A stretch of 64,000 nt of DNA, from the NCBI GenBank assembly GCA_038249705.1, contig JBBSDC010000003.1, positions 766 through 64,765 of the forward strand, read 5' to 3'. This DNA is from Bacteroidales bacterium (GTDB lineage: Bacteria > Bacteroidota > Bacteroidia > Bacteroidales > UBA4417). A program made the translations under genes and the position numbers. Of the stretch, positions 60,467 through 64,000 are shown one piece after another. The first letter of the stretch is position 1, and each line of letters begins with the position of its first letter. The notes beneath the pieces are model-generated. The model saw nothing but the letters and a program-made list of their open reading frames with translations. It did not search any database and had not been told where the DNA came from.

Positions 60467-61105
60467 TCATTCCTTAATTTTAAAAAACGCTTCCTGTGTC
60501 CTAAAACCTTCATTCCTGACGAATTCTTTAAACTGCTTTTTATTCGGTGAAAATATATAAGGAACGGTGTCCTGCATGGTTTCAGTAATCGTTTTAAGCT
60601 GATCAATATCTTCGCGGTTGTTAATGCTGCTTAAAATCAATTTCCCTTTTTGTAATTCAAGTTTTTGCACATGCCAGATATCTGGGTTTATATTCATATT
60701 CAAAAAATAATACCCTTTAAATTTCTTCAACACATTTTTCTGATTGATCACAAACAAGGTATCCGTTTCATAAATATGCTTTACTACGGAATCACCTTCA
60801 ATCTGAACAAGAGTTCCTTCATTGGTTTCCAGGTCAAAAAGTGAATCACCAATCAGTTGCACAGTACTATCGAGCAGGCTAACATGAGTTTTATTATAAA
60901 AATCATAAATTCGCACTAACGTTTTTTCGGTAACATAGAGAATAGAATTATCTTCCTCACTCCTGAACTCGCCAAACAAACGATCAGGGAAACGCTGGAG
61001 CTCAGTCACATCTATAGGTTGCGGCTTGTCAAAAGTAACTGGAGGCTGACAGGCAATAAGAATAAATACTGTCAAAAACTGGGAAAATACGATCTTTCGT
61101 TTCAT
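60467..61105 (-). CDS. hypothetical lipoprotein
   Basis: It has a signal peptide with a lipobox (VFILIAC). I recognise no domain. Confidence 0.45.
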   Translation of the reverse strand: MKRKIVFSQFLTVFILIACQPPVTFDKPQPIDVTELQRFPDRLFGEFRSEEDNSILYVTEKTLVRIYDFYNKTHVSLLDSTVQLIGDSLFDLETNEGTLVQIEGDSVVKHIYETDTLFVINQKNVLKKFKGYYFLNMNINPDIWHVQKLELQKGKLILSSINNREDIDQLKTITETMQDTVPYIFSPNKKQFKEFVRNEGFRTQEAFFKIKE

Positions 61106-61322
61106 ACAGATTGATTTTAGTATTGTTATGAAATGTGATAAATTAAGGTATGCTGAAATTGTTCAGTATGGCACCTGGCTTAATAGAAACGTGAGGAATA
61201 CAATTATCAGGATTAGTAACGCAATTCGAGAAGCAGAAAGTATGTCGAAATAAAAAAAAATTGTTATCAATTAAGTAAACCTCTATTTTCCCTAATTTCA
61301 TCCCGAATTTTGAAGCCATTTT

Positions 61323-62003
61323 ATGGAAAAAACAGCACCTCAAATTGAACATGAATGGCTCGGAATACTGCAGCCTGAATTTGAAAAACCTTATTTCAAT
61401 ACATTGAAATCGTTTCTTATGGAGGAAAAGCGAATGTATAAAGTTTTTCCTCCCGGCAACCGGATATTTGCAGCTTTCGATCATACGCCATTCAGCAAAG
61501 TTAAAGCAGTAATTCTCGGACAGGATCCATATCATAATGACGGTCAGGCTCATGGTCTTTGCTTTTCGGTTCCTGATGGAGTTGCCATTCCGCCATCGCT
61601 CATTAATATATATAAAGAACTGAATTCGGATCTTGGTATACAGATTCCGCGTTCGGGCAACCTTGAAAAATGGGCAAACCAGGGTGTTCTGCTTTTAAAC
61701 GCTACGCTTACCGTCCGCGCTTACCTGGCAGGTTCGCATCAGAAGCACGGATGGGAAACCTTTACTGATGAAGTAATCCGTCAACTTTCGGCCCGACACC
61801 ACGGCCTGGTTTTTATCCTCTGGGGAAGCTATGCGCAGGCAAAAGAAAGTATGATCGACACCTCGAAACATCATATATTGAAAGCCGTGCATCCTTCTCC
61901 TTTATCTGTTTACCGCGGATTTTTCGGCTGCCGGCATTTCTCAAAAACCAACGAACTTCTAATCGCAGCAGGGAAAGAACCGATTGACTGGAATCTATCC
62001 TGA
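61323..62003 (+). CDS. ung: uracil-DNA glycosylase (family 1)
   Basis: It has GQDPYH, the water-activating loop, LLLNATLTV and HPSPLS. Confidence 0.9.
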   Translation: MEKTAPQIEHEWLGILQPEFEKPYFNTLKSFLMEEKRMYKVFPPGNRIFAAFDHTPFSKVKAVILGQDPYHNDGQAHGLCFSVPDGVAIPPSLINIYKELNSDLGIQIPRSGNLEKWANQGVLLLNATLTVRAYLAGSHQKHGWETFTDEVIRQLSARHHGLVFILWGSYAQAKESMIDTSKHHILKAVHPSPLSVYRGFFGCRHFSKTNELLIAAGKEPIDWNLS

Positions 62004-62084
62004 AAATTCCATCAGGCAGATTAGTCATAACTTTAACCTTTTCAAGTTGTTTACTATTTGATTTAAACATCAATAAAGAAGAAT

Positions 62085-63092
62085 ATGACTCAGGAAGCAT
62101 CATGGTATTATCCTCTTCCCAACGGAAGTGTTCAATGCACGCTTTGCCCTCATATGTGCATCCTTGCAGATGGTAAAACGGGTATTTGCAGGGTAAGGGT
62201 TAATAATCAGGGGATATTACATACCGAAGTTTTTGGATTTGTGTCGGCAATTAATTTCGATCCGGTTGAGAAAAAACCGTTATATCATTTTTATCCAGGC
62301 TCTACCATTCTTTCAATAGGAACTTATGGCTGCAACCTGCGATGTTTTTTCTGCCAGAATTGTACTATTTCGCAAACAGGTGCTGATCCTGAATTGCCAC
62401 GGACTTATTTCACTCCCGAACAAATTGTAAAATCAGCACTAAATCATTCCGGAAATATCGGTATCGCATTTACTTACAACGAGCCAATTGTTTGGTTCGA
62501 GTATATGTATGAAACCGCAAAACTCGCTAAGCAGGCCGGGCTTGTTACTGTTATGGTTTCAAATGGATTTATAAATCCTGAACCTTTGAAAGCCTTGCTC
62601 GAAGTTATTGATGCATTTAGTATTGATTTAAAATCCTTTAACAACGATTTTTATTCAAAAGTTACATCCTCGAAACTGGAACCGGTAAAAGAAACGCTGA
62701 AACAAATTAAAGCCGCTGACAAACATGTTGAAATAGTAAATCTGGTAATCCCTGGTTTGAATGACGATGATGATGTTTTTACAGAAATGGTAAAATGGAT
62801 TTCGAAAGAAATTGGAAAAGATACAGTGCTGCATATTTCGAGATATTTTCCTAGTTATAAACTGGTAACTGAAGCTACTCCTAAGGCGGTGATGAGCAGG
62901 GTTAAACGTATTGCCGAAAAACATCTGCGGTATGTTTATACCGGAAATATGTATGCCGACAGCAACGACACAAACTGCCAGTTTTGCAATAATACATTAA
63001 TTAGCAGGCAATTATATGAAACGAGAGTTGTTGGAATAAATTTAGAAGGTAAATGCACCCAATGTGGAAACTTTTTTCTTAAAAAAACTTAA
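62085..63092 (+). CDS. AmmeMemoRadiSam-system radical SAM enzyme (PflA-like, COG1180)
   Basis: It has an N-terminal Cys cluster (CTLCPHMCILADGKTGICRVR), the radical SAM CxxxCxxC motif (CNLRCFFCQNC) and a C-terminal CxxC pair. Confidence 0.65.
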   Translation: MTQEASWYYPLPNGSVQCTLCPHMCILADGKTGICRVRVNNQGILHTEVFGFVSAINFDPVEKKPLYHFYPGSTILSIGTYGCNLRCFFCQNCTISQTGADPELPRTYFTPEQIVKSALNHSGNIGIAFTYNEPIVWFEYMYETAKLAKQAGLVTVMVSNGFINPEPLKALLEVIDAFSIDLKSFNNDFYSKVTSSKLEPVKETLKQIKAADKHVEIVNLVIPGLNDDDDVFTEMVKWISKEIGKDTVLHISRYFPSYKLVTEATPKAVMSRVKRIAEKHLRYVYTGNMYADSNDTNCQFCNNTLISRQLYETRVVGINLEGKCTQCGNFFLKKT

Positions 63093-63121
63093 TTTTATTT
63101 CCCGTTTAAATTCTTTTATAC

Positions 63122-63129
63122 TACTTTTG
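63122..63129 (+). promoter_or_regulatory. candidate -7 promoter box (TACTTTTG)
   Basis: Exact TAnnTTTG, 63 nt upstream of the M23 peptidase ATG. Confidence 0.4.
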
Positions 63130-63191
63130 AAAACTCAGTACGGTTTTTTTCATCTATAAGTAAGCAATTACTTTTCATTAAACTCGTTTTC

Positions 63192-64000
63192 ATGGCTTTT
63201 CAAAAGAACATAATTACCTTATTTATCTCATTGATTTTCAGCATGTCAGCTATTATGGTATCCGCTCAGCAACTGGAGAGCGAACCAGCAGGAGGCATGG
63301 ACGAAAACGAACTCGAAGAATCAGAATTGTTGCTTCCACCTTCGTCTTCGGCAGTTCCATCCATCATGGATATTCCATTTTTGAATAAATATTATACAAG
63401 TTGGGATACCATGTATGTTAGAAGGTATTCAGAAGCTCCTCCATCAATAGGTGATTCAATTAGCCTTCCGCTTTTTAACGAATATTCAACAGGTTTCGCA
63501 TTTCCGGTTGAAGGTGATTTTCTGTCACCATTCGGATACCGCGGCCGCCGGGTACATTCAGGTGTTGATATTAAACTTGAAGCAGGAGACCCGGTAAGTG
63601 TTGCGTTCGATGGAGTTGTGCGTATGGCACGCTATTATTCAGGCTATGGCAATTGTGTTGTAGTAAGGCATTACAATGGAATTGAAACGCTATACGGTCA
63701 TCTTTCGAAAATAAAAGTAAATATTAATCAGGAAGTAAAAGCAGGTGATGTTATTGGACTTGGCGGACGTACCGGCCGGGCATCATGCAACCACCTTCAT
63801 TTCGAAACCCGTTTCCAGGGCAAGGCATTTAATCCAAAACAAATTATTGATTTCAATACTTTTAGTCTGATTTCAGATACTTTCAATGTTACCAAAGCTA
63901 CATATGGCTTATCGCGCGATTACCTGCCATCAAATTCATCTGATGAGTTTACAACTGATAATAGCACTTACAAACCGAAAGCAAAATCCTCAAAATCGAA
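63192..64000 (+). CDS. M23 family metallopeptidase (3'-partial, runs off the window)
   Basis: It is missing from the ORF track because no stop codon is reached. My translation gives a signal peptide (MAFQKNIITLFISLIFSMSAIMVSAQ), HSGVDI (HxxxD) and NHLHFE (HxH). Confidence 0.8.
   Translation, partial: MAFQKNIITLFISLIFSMSAIMVSAQQLESEPAGGMDENELEESELLLPPSSSAVPSIMDIPFLNKYYTSWDTMYVRRYSEAPPSIGDSISLPLFNEYSTGFAFPVEGDFLSPFGYRGRRVHSGVDIKLEAGDPVSVAFDGVVRMARYYSGYGNCVVVRHYNGIETLYGHLSKIKVNINQEVKAGDVIGLGGRTGRASCNHLHFETRFQGKAFNPKQIIDFNTFSLISDTFNVTKATYGLSRDYLPSNSSDEFTTDNSTYKPKAKSSKS

Noticed and set aside
60057-60470. 137-aa minus-strand ORF (SPSPFLPSPCRLVFPRIVSPRRVSPRS...).
   Set aside because: It is antisense to the DEAD-box helicase 3' end and to the purine-rich tandem repeat. 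It is a pyrimidine-rich artefact of the repeat.

Overview
This 64-kb segment looks like chromosomal DNA from a Bacteroidota (Bacteroidia-like) organism, probably anaerobic or microaerophilic. I base that on AT-rich intergenic spacers carrying exact TAnnTTTG (-7) promoter boxes, no Shine-Dalgarno sequences, tamB/tsaD divergent synteny, a BatA-type protein, and flavodiiron and radical-SAM genes. I call about 40 protein genes. I found no rRNA, tRNA, CRISPR array, IS element or integrase. Housekeeping genes: gcvP, parC, tsaD, ung, ppnP, tamB, pbpC, a DEAD-box helicase, an ABC-F ATPase, prolyl oligopeptidase, a flavodiiron protein and a UvrD/PD-(D/E)XK helicase-nuclease. Accessory modules, in order of interest: (1) a selenium-utilisation pair, with a NifS-like cysteine desulfurase fused to SelD next to selU (tRNA 2-selenouridine synthase); both flanking spacers consist of short tandem repeats. 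(2) A CzcA-type RND pump fused in frame to a TolC-like outer-membrane factor that keeps a signal-peptide-like segment at the junction, followed by the adaptor subunit. (3) A glycan locus: GH29 fucosidase, a 5'-truncated GH2 remnant, a Tat-exported Gfo/Idh/MocA oxidoreductase, and a 1136-aa HEAT-repeat protein ending in two DUF1080 (3-keto-disaccharide-hydrolase-like) domains. (4) A CarH/LitR-like B12-binding MerR regulator followed by an ECF sigma factor. (5) A YbiT-like ABC-F protein whose second nucleotide-binding site is degenerate. Smaller oddities: a decayed gcvP-like fragment downstream of gcvP, a REP-like palindrome cluster in an 840-bp ORF-free gap, an in-frame RG-rich extension after the DEAD-box helicase stop codon, and an acidic/lysine-rich ParC tail. 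All functional calls rest on motif recognition by eye. No database search was run.
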